Assembly (NCBI RefSeq): GCF_963853765.1
Contig: NC_088860.1
Span: 26,660,001-26,724,000 of the forward strand
DNA length: 64,000 bases
DNA from: Magallana gigas
Taxonomy: Eukaryota
Direction of reading: 5' to 3'
Part shown: piece by piece, positions 37,696 to 52,600 of the stretch
How the letters are laid out: each line of letters starts with the position of its first letter
Position numbering within the stretch: position 1 is the stretch's first letter
Notes under the pieces: model-generated
The model's database searches: none
What the model saw: the letters and a program-made list of their open reading frames with translations, nothing else
Told to the model about the DNA's origin: nothing
Translations under genes and position numbers: made by a program

Positions 37696-37699
<4 letters not shown>

Positions 37700-37738
<39 letters not shown>
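37700..37738. repeat. (GA)n microsatellite
   Basis: Pure GA run. Confidence 0.95.
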
Positions 37739-37745
<7 letters not shown>

Positions 37746-38711
37746 AGGGGGCTTTTGCCTATTGTCTCGTTACATGATCTATGCACTTTAATAAATAAGA
37801 GATTTAATAGCATTTTTCTTCGTTCATAAATCAATTACTCATGCAATGATTGTAGAGAATTCGATACAAGTAATTAATGCTTTTAATGAATTGTTATTTA
37901 TAGAAATCCTGAGATGTTTATTTCTTTGAAGTATTAGTGACAAAGCAGACGGTTTGAAGTTGATGCTTTTAGAGTCATTGACTGATATAGATATGTTACA
38001 TTTACAAGATCTAATATCTCTACGAGGGCTACTGAAAGTATTGACCTGACCCACACACCGAACCGTATAGCACGCTAATTTGGTGTTATGTAAGGATGAG
38101 GTGTATCAGTTATCAGATTTTGCTTTATGCATGTACCAGATACTACACGATTTCAAACAATAACTATGAACAATATCAAGAGTGTAAAGAGATAGTTGCG
38201 TGAAGAAAGTAGTTATAACTGGAGGCAGAAGAATTTTTAGAAACTGCGATATTTACATGGTAAAATAAGTGCTTATCTCGTGCACGTGCACTTGCCACTT
38301 AATTAGGTCATAAATGGTTTATTTGCAATATCTTATGTTAGTGCATGGTATTTCAGTAAAATATTTTTTGGTTTGAACATATCTTATTGAAATTATACAA
38401 GTAGATCGGAAATGAATTCTAACACCTTACTATAGTTCCTCTCAGCATAGAACAACAGTTGTCAAATTTACTAATATATACATTGACAGAAATTTTTAAT
38501 TTACTAAATGTATAAAATGTAAGAATGATTTAATTATTACTATATATTGCATACAGTGGTATTACTTAGTGTAGGTAATACATACAATGGTATATACATG
38601 TATGCAGTGCAGTGGTAAACATAACTCAAATTTTACACTTTTTAAGAACTATACACGCAACATATGTATTATTTAAACCAGTTATGAATTTCTGAACAAT
38701 AGCCAAAAATA

Positions 38712-38912
38712 TTATTATTAAGATCCACAAAAAATGTTCATGACCTCAACGTAATAAGTGGGTATATATTTGTTTATCTCAAATTCAAATTATTATAAAA
38801 TTATTAAATTATTATTAAGATCCACAAAAAATGTTCATGACCTCAACCTAATAAGTGGGTATCTATTTGTTTATCTCAAATTCAAATTATTATAAAATTA
38901 TTAAATTATTAT
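38712..38912. repeat. 97-bp tandem duplication (2 copies)
   Basis: agatccacaaaaaatgttcatgacctcaac at 38721 and 38818. Confidence 0.9.
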
Positions 38913-39240
38913 TTCTATCATTAGAATATTTTCTACAAAAAGCAAAAAAAAAAAAAAAAATGATATGCACCATCGTTTCCACAAGAACAAATGGAACTAT
39001 CTATAGTACTGCGTCTGAATAAATCATAATTAGGTAAGCAGCTGTGTCCTAACTTTTAGTGTGATTTATAATAATACAATCATGTATAACGGTTACTAAG
39101 GGGTGGATTTGAATCCTTTGGAGATAAAGTATTACGAAATATATCAATCGAGGAGGTCTTCCTTGCTTCTGCATTAAATTTTAAAGGATTCCATTTTCGG
39201 ACAGCAGCTGGTACAAATGAACAATTGAATTCTTCCAATT

Positions 39241-39494
39241 TAGAACCATTTTAACAAGACCTTGGACTTTCAGTAAGATGTAGCTATCTAATTCTTGCGT
39301 CAAAACAAGTTAAAATGACGCTGGTTTCAAATGAAATATGCGCCGATTGCGTAGTCTTAGCTCAAAAGCCAGACAAATCTTGTTGATTTCAGAGAGCCAT
39401 GGCTGAATGGCTGACAATGAAATAGACAGGCCTACGTCATATTGCTGTTATGACACAGTTACCCAAAGTCCAAGTTCTTGTTAAAATTGTTCTA
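39241..39494. mobile_element. TA-flanked MITE, copy 1
   Basis: ~30-bp TIRs tagaaccattttaacaagaccttggacttt / aaagtccaagttcttgttaaaattgttcta; second copy at 48426-48678. Confidence 0.85.
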
Positions 39495-40341
39495 CATCTA
39501 GGAGTATCATATTGGTTTTTGTTACGGATATAGTATTTTGAAACGTTTTCTCGTCGACTAGAAACAATTTCTCGTATCTAAAGATATTCAGGTACCACAC
39601 CTGTGTGAATTTTATATAATATTTTCATTTTTCGTAGCGTCGCTTTTATAAAGGTTTCCAGCCTGTTTCAAAATAAAGTGATTCTCATTTGGAGATCAAG
39701 TACATGTACATTCCTTGCGGCGGACAGTTGAGCCTTGTCCTTTTTTTTTCTTATAACGTGCAGCCATACCAAACAACTGAAAAATATTCAAGGAGAGTTC
39801 TTATAAACGTTGCACATTGTATACAATTTTAAAAGCTTTTCCCTCCCAATCGTAAATTGAAGTTTTTCTTAAGAAGACCCAGTTTTTTTTATAACCCATT
39901 GCTTATAATATAATTAACATATTCAGACTATCCGGGGTTTTGCGACAATGATGATGGACTGATACAAATTTAGTCCATCGCCTTGAATAAAAAACGGATT
40001 TTTTATAATAGAAAAAATATCAAATTTGTTTTTTGATGGATTAAATTTAAGAAGCCATTGCAAGACCATTTTTCTAATACATGTAGATCACGGTTTAAAT
40101 TTGATTCAATATCTGATATATTATATAAGGCATGTTGTAGAGAATTGTCATCAGCAAACAGTCATGTCAATAACATGTTAAACATAATTTATATCATTTA
40201 TATATAAAGGATAATTAAAAACCATCCTGTTAGCATGGGTTAAAATTGAAATTTCTGTGAGCGACACATTTGAATGAATCTGATTAAAAGATTATGATGG
40301 CGAAATTTTTGTTGAATCTCTATGCAATTGCTCTAAGAAAA

Positions 40342-40343
<2 letters not shown>

Positions 40344-40415
<72 letters not shown>
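40344..40415. repeat. (CT)n microsatellite ~200 bp upstream of the receptor start codon
   Basis: Pure CT run. Confidence 0.97.
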
Positions 40416-40419
<4 letters not shown>

Positions 40420-40632
40420 AATTTCGGTAGCTGATAATACGGTCATCTTGAAATATAAACCCATTTTAAATATAGCTCGGTCGAACCCACGCAATAAGTA
40501 AATTAAAAGAAATTTTGATTGACGTTTTCATTCGAAGGGCTGTTTTAAAATTTGTATAAATAGAACGACCGTTTTCAAAATACAAAATTTAACAATTCTT
40601 TGACACAGAAGGGTTGCGACATAGAAAAGAAG

Positions 40633-43600
40633 ATGCATCGGATGTGTTGCAGCTGCAAGACTATAGGTTTTGTGATATTCATCTCAACTAAGTTGATTTG
40701 CGTTTTGAGCCAAGGTAAGCATCAGTAATAATAAAATAATCTATTAATTGTCATGAGTTAAATTGCAACGGTGTACACATATAATTTAACCTTTTTTTTT
40801 ACTTGAATAAAAATCGTAAATTATTGAAGTAAATTTTAGGCGCACTTTAATTACATAAAAAGTTGTACATGTATTGAATATTTAATCCATTGTGTAGTGT
40901 TTTAACTACATGTACCTCAACGTATTNNNNNNNNNNNNNNNNNNNNNNNNNNNNNNNNNNNNNNNNNNNNNNNNNNNNNNNNNNNNNNNNNNNNNNNNNN
41001 NNNNNNNNNNNNNNNNNNNNNNNNNNNNNNNNNNNNNNNNNNNNNNNNNNNNNNNNNNNNNNNNNNNNNNNNNNNNNNNNNNNNNNNNNNNNNNNNNNNN
41101 NNNNNNNNNNNNNNNNNNNNNNNNNNNNNNNNNNNNNNNNNNNNNTTACTAACTGTTGCAATTTTTATGGTTTTCTCTTAAACACTCTCCATTTTTACAG
41201 TTTGGGCCAAGATAGAATTACTGTGTTCACTTTGGATTTTTCATTTTTCAGTGGCAAAGTTGTAGGTCAACCATAGATATACCGTGTGTTCCAAACATAT
41301 TAACGGAATGCTCAGAGTATTTCAATTCCTATTTGCCATTTTTTTTGGAAAAGGCCGTTTAGAAGCCTTAATTGGAGCAAAATTTAATTATTGTCGTCCT
41401 GTACAAAAATTGATTTGCTATATGTTCCTTAAAAGAGAAATATTCCTCTGACAAAATTTAATGATTTTTATCTAACCTTATTTATCATAAAAGTTAAAGT
41501 TATATGCAGACTTATCATGCTAGCAGCTTTTTGCAGCAAAATAAAATTCAAAAAAAGTACAGTTCATAATGCTTTAAAAATTCCCGAAAAGAAATATACG
41601 CTTAAATTTTCATCGGTGAAAGAAGAATGTGATAGGTATCTTATCATTCATAAATATACATTTACATCTACCAAGCATAATTTCCTCTATTTCTTACGGA
41701 AACTTATAGTTAATTCATAGCTCTATAGAAACACCCAGACTGATATCTACACGCCCTATTTATCGATTGGTCGAAATCTACAGCGGCTGAAAGTGACAGA
41801 ACTGAAATTGACACGCCCTGTTTATCGATTGGTCTGAATCTTCAGCGACCTTAGTAAAATCCCGGACTGCACGAAATAATCATGACAATGCCAGACTCAA
41901 AGTCTCACAGGAGACGATTTGACTGTTTCTTTCAGCTAACGTACTTTTGTACATTAACAGTAATTTAGGGAATTTTACTAACTTTTTATAATCAGTTTAT
42001 AAATTAGTTAAAGAAAGATGTTAATATAAACAATAAAACGCTTTCTTTGATGATTCATGCGGGTTATGAAGGTAGCGATCATTGCAGGAAAAATTTACAT
42101 AACCCGCTAATGCGGGTTATGTATTTTTCCTGCAATGTCGCTACCTTCATAACCCGAATGAATCACCAAACAAAGAATTTTATTGTTTAAAAAAATTCAG
42201 AGTTCTCTAGGACAATAAGGCAACATCTCTATTTTATATTCTCTAAACAATTTATTTCCAGGCTGTCATTGGCTGCATAAATAATGTACATTTTCAAAAC
42301 TTTTTTCATCCCATATTCATAAAATTCCCTATATATATCATTAATTAAACATTCTTTAGAACACCGGGTGATGACACAGTCGTGTGATGGCGACTGGGTC
42401 CGGTATGGGGACAGCTGTTACCGATATTATACGTCACAGATGAGATGGATGTACGCCTTCAAGACGTGCCAGTCAGACAATGGATTCCTAACAGACATTG
42501 AAAACGCAGACGAGCAAGCCTTTCTGCAAAGTAATTTCAATCAATGTACACTTTGTAGACTTTCTTGCAGAATAATATTTACCAATACTCAACATAAAAA
42601 CTTTTATAAAATATGGATTACATGTTAAAGTTATAATTCATATGACATATCTTATAGATGTTCATCTTGAATGGTGTTTATTGCTTTGCAGATTTAACCA
42701 ATGGAGGCGAGTTTTGGATAGGGGCGTCGGACTGTGCATGGAGATGGCTGTGGTACAGCAGCACCCAGCCCTGGGGGTTTACCAAGTGGGATACACGTAC
42801 GGCATTTCAATTTTTAAAAATCAGATGTGGTTAACGTTCCACCTTTAAATAAATGTTCTATATTCTATTTGTTTAATGTCTAGAATAATTTTCGTTGTAT
42901 TTCTTATGATTGACAGCGTTTGAATGTCAAAAGTCGAGATTTATGTACAAACAAGATACTGGGTCCGGACACTTTTTCTTATGTTAACTGTAAAATCCCT
43001 ATTTTTTTGAAACACTGACAAGTGATAATTGTGATATTAAACTTTTTGAAGAAAAAAAAACCCCACAAAAACAACAACAACTCCCCAAAGAACAACAATA
43101 ACAACAAACCCACAACAACACCGAGATAAATGAAACATTTGCCAATATCACCTATGTAACTATAAAATAGCAGGAGCCCAGTCTACATAACAAAAAATTC
43201 TGAGCTCTTTATTTCTGTTGCATTTCGACATTCAACATTTTGTGAAGAATATTCCGTCAATGCTAGATTCTAGAAACGATGTTAAAAAAAACGAAGATGG
43301 GGTAATAAGATGGCACAAATCCCCACTGATTGAATTGTCAACAAAAAAAGCAATTTCAATTTAGTTTTTTTTTTGGGGATAATTTTCTTAATTACAAAAA
43401 GGAACGTTACCGTCAATTTCGGATATCTACGCAATGCGCAATGCCTTTTGTTTCCAGATTAAGAAATGAAAAGACTGGACATGCAAATAGTGATACGAGA
43501 CAATTTTTGCTTCGATGGATAGAAATCATTAGATAATGTACTGGAATTGACATATCAACTTAAATTGAGAGCGAGTGAACAGGGTACCCTTAACGTGGTT

Positions 43601-46600
43601 CAAAAATCTAATAAAAGCATATATCATGTTAATAAATAAATTAAATAGACAGAGGATATACGCTCTGAAAGAAAGTTAAAAAAAAGGTTCTTACGTCATG
43701 AGCTATATCATAAAGCTACGTTCATGACTTCTTAGAGATTTCGACAAACTGACCGCACTATAATAATATCCAATATACTACACCATCGATTACAAAAAGA
43801 GTAATTATTTACTTTATATATAAATAATGGAAAAAAATGTAAAATAGAGCATCGTTGCCAATTTTTACAGAGCACTAAGTTACGAAATTCTACAAGAACG
43901 CCAAAGATCTAGAAATGACGTCGCTAGCGTGCGGCGACTATCGTTACCTTATGCTCTACAAAATATATTATCTTCAGTAATATTTATCATAACGCATTAA
44001 CATTTACAGATCTGAATTGAATTAGGTAGATATCTCAAAGTACAAGTTCTTGTCACTTTACCTGAATTTTACACGATTTTATCGTAGCTGTGGCATTAGT
44101 TTTGGATCAACCCTCGTATGTAATACAATTGTGCAAAGCGCAATTTTCAACTTTAGGCAATTTAAATATTTTGATTAACACAAAGAAAATTTTAAAAATC
44201 AAACTATCAAGGCATTGAATATCTAGAAATGGCATTATTTTAAGACTTTAGTATTCACATACATCGGTTCAAATCAACATAACTCAAGTAATTATAAATC
44301 GATGCTATGTAAAATATATACATGTATATTGTCTGCAACGATATTATGAAAGAATTATCAGATTTAATTTTTTTAATGGCTCAAATTGTGATCATGCTTT
44401 TCTTACCCTCTAATGGCACTGCATGGATTATCACAATGACTCTTAACACATATAAGCTTTTATTATTTATACATGCATGACCTCTTATATAGACACTAAT
44501 GTCCTATGTGTCTTTTAATATTATGAAATTAATATTTTTTATTAATATAATTAGGACAATTTCATACAATGGCTATGTTATATTACCTTGAGATTACAGT
44601 TTCGAAAATACAGAATTATCTTCCTTCTTTACCGAGAAAACGAGACTTAAACCCGGTAACACTTTTTTGGTGGATCTAGTAAAGATTAGCATCTACGAAT
44701 TCCATATTATGTACTTTAACACAAACGGTATTCGTGGTATGCAATGTAAAAGAATTTGAATCAAGAGGCATCGAGTGATCGTTCAATGAAGATCTATCAA
44801 CAACGAATCAAAATGATTATGAAGCCGTATCGAAACCAGAGATAACTATATGTATATTTTTTTTTAAAATGACATGTTGAATTGAGATGAAATATTATTT
44901 CGGCAAAAATTATTTAAACCACAAAGAGAAAAATGGATTAGTTTGTATTTGCCTTAAAAAATGCAAATGGAGTACTTTAGGTAAAATATTGCACCTGTAA
45001 AATTATTATGAGTGGACTCTATAACATATAACGTAAGTTGACGAATGATTTTAAGTTTACTGCTTTGAACAGATCAGCCCGATAACTCCGGGAATAATGA
45101 ACACTGCGGAGTAATCAGGGCAAACGGCATGTGGAACGACCTCCCATGTAGCCACACTCGGCCATTTGTCTGTAAAAGAAAAGGTGGGTTGTGAGTGTTA
45201 ATTTAGGAGAACATTAAACGTAAATTAAACGATTGAAAAAAAAATGTAATAAACGTAACTGTCAAGATAGAAACAAATGAAAACATAAAGAAATTAAAAA
45301 TATCAAAATTTTATACGTACCATTGGATTGTTTTTTTAAATAATTTTATTCAGTTTTAAAAATTGAATTGAATTTTTAATGTTACACACATTAATTGCAG
45401 CCACCAAAGGCCTGGTTTGAATGATTAATAACAAGTATCAAAACATGTACATGTACCTACAATCAAAGTGTTGATAATTTTTCTTTCAGTTACTTTATTT
45501 TTTTGCGACAAAACATGGAGTACGAGAAAAGGAAGATGCTACAAAAGATTTCCCGGAACGCTGAGGTGGACAAGCTCGTTCGAGCTCTGTCAGTCAAACT
45601 CCGCAACGCTCGTCAACATTGAGAACGATGCTGAGCAGACATACGTAAATGGTCAGTTGATAATTTGTGTGATTGAAATCTTAAATTATTCTATTGATTG
45701 AATGCTATAAATGAATAACTTTATTCACGATTGGTACACAATATAGATTGACATCCAGGTTTAAAAAAAAATCGTCTGTTCGGCAGGTTTATATAACTCT
45801 TATCATCTGTGGGTTGGTGGATTTGATGGGCCCCAAAACGGAGAATGGGCATGGGCAGGAACAACGTTACCTTGGAATTATACGTACTGGGATCGAGGTT
45901 ACCCCTTTTCTATTAGTAAAAACTGTACTCATAGCAAAGAGAACGTTAATCAGTGGTTCTTAGGAGTTGTTTTTGTTGTTGATTTTTTTTAAAAATCTTT
46001 ACGTTTGTCTTTAATCTATTCTAATCTTATTCTAAACTATTTAAGGATACATTTAATATCAATANNNNNNNNNNNNNNNNNNNNNNNNNNNNNNNNNNNN
46101 NNNNNNNNNNNNNNNNNNNNNNNNNNNNNNNNNNNNNNNNNNNNNNNNNNNNNNNNNNNNNNNNNNNNNNNNNNNNNNNNNNNNNNNNNNNNNNNATATT
46201 AGTTCTTTAAATCTATGGGTTGGTCGCAATTTTGTAAGGAGTAGGTAAACACAAGCACTAATCTTCCCATGCTTTCTTATTTCTCTCTGTCAGTAAGAGG
46301 TCAACCGAACAATGGGGCAGAGGACTGTGTAGTGCTCGCTCAAGACAAAGGAAAATGGCATGACATAACTTGTTTAGGATATATACCATATATATCAGTG
46401 ATGTGTGAACGCAATAGTATGTATTGGGATCCTTAACATAACATTTAAATTAAAAAAAATCACTTGGTCAATGATTGAAAAAAAGGTAATTTAAAATAAA
46501 AATATTTTCTACTATTTAACGTTCTGTTTTACAATAAACTAGACTTTGACCCGTGCGTGCACGGGTTGACATTGCATAGTTTTATGATATCGGGCATTTA

Positions 46601-49600
46601 CAAAATAGATACATCATATCGAAACACCGTATATTGTTGACATTTGCATAACAAACTTCAAGTCTGCAATAATGCTAATAATTTCACTACACTCTGCTGA
46701 GTTGGAATAATCTACCTGTGTCTTGGGAAAGGCCTTCACTACAGTTAAAATGCCTCCTATATACCCGTATTGTAGCAGAAAACCGCAGAATCGCTCCAAA
46801 ACGATTTTGGAGAAAATTAATAAAGTTGCATTGAAAATAACAGTCAAATTGTTCATAACAAACCATTTTGAAGCTTTATATACCTTTCTTCAAAAAGTTT
46901 AATTCTATAATTGCAGAATTCAACATATTACAACAACGTTTTTTTTACAAACCATGTTGACATTCGAAACTCTCGGGATTTTTTTTATAGTAAATGCACT
47001 GTATTAGAATTATCTCCCGTATATTTCTTTGACGAACAGAAAAAATTTCCGATGAAAATTACCACGAATTTGTTTTATCGTTTCCAAGTTTATCCATGCA
47101 AGTATGATATTGTGGAAACATAAAGAGCCTCCAATGAGTTAGCGTGAATGTAATGTGCATGCGCAAAATTGTAAAATAAAAAAAAAATCAGATGATTTCC
47201 GGATTTTTTTGAGGAATTTTCGTTGATTATTAATTAACGAAGCTTGGTTGAGAAAAAATAAAAACAAATTGGTAATCTTCAAGTACTAATGATGTTTAAG
47301 ATATATAAAACAAAAGACACTACTCTTTAAAATTCCGATTTATCGGTATTAAAGCCCAAAAATTCGAGTCTATTATTTTAATATAGTAGTATAGATATAA
47401 AATGAAACAACACAAGCTATGCACATCTACTAACATTTTCCATTAACTATTCATTATATCTTTAGCATTTCATTTGACCAACGACCCTGTTTTGACAATG
47501 GCAGTGGAGGCCCCCAGAAATGAAACGAGATTTATCTGTACCTTTAGTTCCAATATTTCGGATGTCGATTTCTTATTGGAGTGGTATCTCAATGATGGAG
47601 TTATCCAAGATCACACATTCACTGACGAAACAGAAAGTTCACTGCACGAAAGAGATTTACCATTGTTAAAGCAAGAAGATCAGGTATAATTGTACAATGC
47701 AATGTTGCTTAACACTAAATTCAGAATGCAAAAATAATAATCCGCTGTTATCATTATATATTTACATTTTTCAGTGTCTTTGCCTGTGATAACACTACGC
47801 TATATATTTTCTTGTTCAGATTTTCATCTTCTCCAAAATTAGTGAACGCTACCTGGAATCAAACCGATATCTTTTGATTTATTTTATATATTTTTTTCTT
47901 CAAATAAAAGATAAAATGTGCCGTAACCCCATGCATGCCGGGAAACTGCAGTATGAGAGGATCTCCTGGCGAAAGCAACGTTATCACAGCAAAGGTCCAG
48001 GTATGATGTATATGATAATATGTGAATTACTTCCCCTTAATACTTATTGATCGAAATGTGAGGTTGCATGAATAATGATGTGTTTATCTTTCACATGACA
48101 GGTGGCTAGCGAGTCCCGGATCACGGTGGCTGAGAGCTCAGGCCCCGCCTACATCAATGTCACCAGTACAGTCCCCCTACAACTGTTTTGTGAACAAAGT
48201 CACCGAGATAACATCGAACTATGTAACGCACATGTCTCCATCGAACTAGTGAGAGGTGGCATATACTTTCTACACTTAAATTCTTCTTTTTGTTGAGTCA
48301 TATTTTTTTTAAAGATTGCATACTTTGAATTATTTTATCAATAATTCAAATTCGCGTTTTCAAAGTGCGAGAAATTGACCGTTAGTTTGCCTGGTAAATT
48401 AGAAAAGGTTTCTTATTCGCTCCATTAGAACCATTATAACAAGATCTTGGACTTTCAGTAGGACGTAACTATCTATTTGATGCTCAAAACGAGTTAAAAA
48501 TGACGCTGGTTTCAAATGAAATATATACTGATTGCGTAGTCTTAGCTCAAAACCCAGACAAATCTTGTTGATTTCAAAGTGCAATGGCCAAGTGGCCTTC
48601 ATGAAATAGACAGGCCTACGTCACATTGCTGTTTGACACCAACTACCCAAAGTCCAAGCTCTTGTTAAAATGGTTCTAAGTATCATTGGATAAGATGAAA
48701 ATATGTTTTGTACCTTTTAGGACGAGAAATGACCTGTGGTAGATTTCATGTCCCCGTCAGTCAAGCAGTATTTGGTATGTTCAGTCCGCACTCCAAAGCG
48801 TGCACGTACCAAATGAACACGTGGTCGTCTGGAGTGTTGATTCCTGTAAAGGCAGCACTCGACGGCATAATAGACAGAAACCAAAACAGAAATATACGAG
48901 TTCTTTTTACCGCTTCAAATGTCACAAAATTAATCTCAACCGTGGAGGTAAGATCTGGCTGTTGGACCATAAAACTCTCCGGTGACGGAGCCTGATTTAA
49001 ATTGCTTATCATAAGCACAATTCAATAGATATAATTGCAAAGAATATTTTATTTCTTCTAAATTAAGTGATACGTACCTTTACTTCTAACTATATACATG
49101 TTTCCAGCTGAAAACCTTTAAATGATATCACCGAAGATCGACATGTGCTGCCTACATTTTTGAGTTAATATTTCAATTAAGTAAAATACTTTTTGGTGTG
49201 CCTAGAACACAGTTATTATTTTAAAGTTGTCGTACTTTAATATCTTTTGTTGTACACTAGCTAACTGTTGTGGATGAAGATAGGGTAGCAACATGTTCAT
49301 CTATAAACGACCCTCACATGACAACATTTGATGGAAGGTACATCAATACTCAGATTTTTTCCACTAAATAATGTCTTTTTGTGACTTTTACGTTTTCGAT
49401 TCATCTTTGTACATGTATCTAAATATTAATGACATTGGTTTGTAGATATTATGACAACTACCTGGAGGGTGAATTTATTTTGTACAAACACAAAACTCTG
49501 CCCTATGAGGTATGGTTTATGCATTACGGGTTATGCATTCGTTCAAATAAAAATAAATATCTAAAGAGAAGAAAGATTTTTAAGGCTACCGAAATCAAGT

Positions 49601-52600
49601 CTTACGAGATTATTGGTTAAAGAATTTGCACATGAAAATATTCTAATTCAAGTTTTTACAAATATAACTTGAGTAAATTGTATAGTTGTACAATTATTAT
49701 AATCAAGAAAATTAAGACAATTTATATTTTGTAAAGTAGAAGCATACATTTGTCAAGGCTATGATGGGTAGACGCTATCGACAGATGACGGTTTACAGAG
49801 ATACATTGTTACCTATCGATGAAATATTTGTGCAATTCAGTACCATGTAATGGTGTAATGGGTAGCAAACGTTATATTTTAATTGGGATAATCTCTAGTA
49901 TAACAGAGAGGAAGTTTGCACATATTTGGATACCTATGAGTTAACAGTCACAGTCAGACCTCCAAAGACTTTTCCCAATTACCCAGTTTTCATTAAAAAA
50001 AATTCTATATCCAATTCCAAAAAAAAAAAATTCAAAAAAATTAAAATTGGATATAGAATTTTTTTAAACATAACTTTGTTTTAGGTGCGGACCTATTACC
50101 GTAGATGTAACTTAGTAGCCGCTTGCAATTGTGCAGTTGCGGTAAAGTCCGGTAATGACGTCATCCTAGTTGATGTTTGCGGACCCTCAAGAGGGGCATC
50201 CACGAAAAGAACTATTTTTACCATAAAGATGTATTTGAATGGAGAACTCACCCCGGGAACTGAGGTTATTTCACATAACGGAGGAAAAACATTCGAGGTT
50301 GTTTCATCTATCTGAAATCATCGTTCATAATCATTTAAAACGCAGATTTGGCAGTCTTATTTTGACATTTCAGGTTTTTCAATCTTGTTTTAATGCATGT
50401 GGTGTATATATTGACTGCAGGAAACCCGGTATGTGGGGCCCCCTCTAATTAGTAGTGATCTGTCTAACAACATTGTCCAAAGCATAGTAGTATTCATATT
50501 CAGTTGACTCAAACTGGCTTTAAATTTACCTAAATATTGAATGTTGGTATAGGGTGGTAATTGGCTTCGTTTAAAGGGACTTGGAGACGATTTTAGATCA
50601 AAAATTTTATTTTTATTTTTTATGTACAAAATGGTTTACTGGTGCATTTTAAATGATTGACCAAAATATTGAATGTTAAAGTCAAGTTACAAGCGAGATA
50701 CAGAGGTAAGAATTGATTGTTATGTAAGCAAAACTCGAGTCTTATAGTTGTATACAAAAATGTAATGTAAAGAATTACCACGTCGTGGACAAAATGACAT
50801 GTTAAAAACAATTTAAACTAATTCAATATCTCCATAAATTCTATTATCAACAAAAGAAGAGACATTTGAGTGAAACTTACACCAATACAACACATATGTA
50901 AAAATGACAATATTCGAGCTTTGTTTACAAAACAAAGAATTATGAACTCTGTATCTTGCTTATAACTTGATATTTGACTTTCAAATTTTGATATAGCATT
51001 ATAAAATTCTATATTTATCCGTATAAACATTGAAAATGGAAAAAATAAAATTTGAAAATCTAAAGTCAAATCGTGTTTAAGTCCCTTTAAAGACTTTGTC
51101 AAAGATCAAGGTCATGGCATATATACACAAAAAACAACCTTACATACATTTCCATTTTCATATCTTGATTAGACTTTACCAAAATACTGCTTACTTGAAA
51201 GAGATGCCCTGACCCAAATTGTAAGATCAACGGTAAAAAATAAGAAGATAAGAAGAACTGGACGTTAATTTTCTCCCTTGACTCCAACTGCCTTTATAAA
51301 CTTATACACTTAACGAGTGTTTTTTAAAAAAAAAAAACCAGTTACCATAAAGTTTTATAATTCATTAGATTTCTTAACGGCTGTTAATAGGAAATCAAAG
51401 TCTTTTAGATTGCTTTTTATGCTGGCGTTATAACTGGATTCTTAAAAATGGTACCTTCTTAAAGATGTTTAAGTATTACTTGATTTAACTAGGTTGTACT
51501 ACCAAACGGAGCAAGGACCATGATAATGACTGGAGCGATGGCCAGAAATCAACGTTTCCTTAATGTTAAAGTAGTAGCCTCCACGTTTGATTTCAATCAA
51601 ACAGAAGGTAAGTGGTCTTTGTCTTCTAGCGGATATCATGGGATGTAAAGATCACGAGAATTTTGAAAGACAATGTTTGAATGAAGAAATGAATATTTTT
51701 AAAATAGATAAACCAATAATAGAAATAACGAATATAATGTCATCACTTGTTGTTTATTCATTCGATTCTATTTGCGGCAAATTTTTCCTTCACATTATTA
51801 ACGTGTTTTGACAAAAATATAGTAACAGTTTTAAAAGTAATTCCTACAAAACATTAACTATACCTTAGAAATAAGAGGTCAGAGAAAATATTGTTCAAAA
51901 GATTAATTGCAAGGAAACACAAACTTTTGAAAAATGTTTGAGACCAGTTAAAGACATTAACTTTTGAACCATTGTGACCTAAAAAGTATGAAAAAAAAGT
52001 TCTTTCTCTCTCATACACATAAATAGTAGAATTTGTGATAAAGTTCTGACCGGAAACTACTATGATTTGTTATGGTATTCTAGCAGTATGCCTTGGCCGT
52101 GTCATAAAATCGGCATGGAGTTCCTGGCAATATTTTCGTCAAGTTTTGATATTTTTTTTCTCATAATACGAACTCAAACTCAAAGTTCTTTAACGTATTG
52201 TCTATACATTAAAATTTCCAAGAGAAAGTATATACATTTTGAGAAAGAAGAAAACCAATATTAGTGGGAAAAGATTAATGAAATAGAGAGACAAAATAAT
52301 TTATTGTTTAGGACTTTGTGGGACATTTGATGGAAACAGAAATAACGATTTGATGAAAAGGGATGGTGATTTGTACACAAGAGGAGGCAAACAGCCGAAC
52401 GAGTTCTCCTTGTCTTGGAGGTAATCGATGCTTTTAACAAAAGATATCATTATTGATTTAAAACACCTTGTTTAACAATAAAAAAATTTATAAATAAAAC
52501 TGGGTAATTTTGTAAAAAATAACCCAAAAAATCAAACAAACTGATAAACAAAAAGAAATTTCAATTTTTTTTTAATTTCACTGTTTTCATAACTTTTTCC

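Noticed and set aside
37839-38054. 71-aa minus-strand ORF as a gene or transposase remnant
   Set aside because: No recognisable motif or splice context.
39520-39591. Putative 5'-UTR exon of the receptor (tattcag|gtacca) splicing to an acceptor at 40608/40609
   Set aside because: Plausible, but it rests only on splice-like motifs with no independent support.
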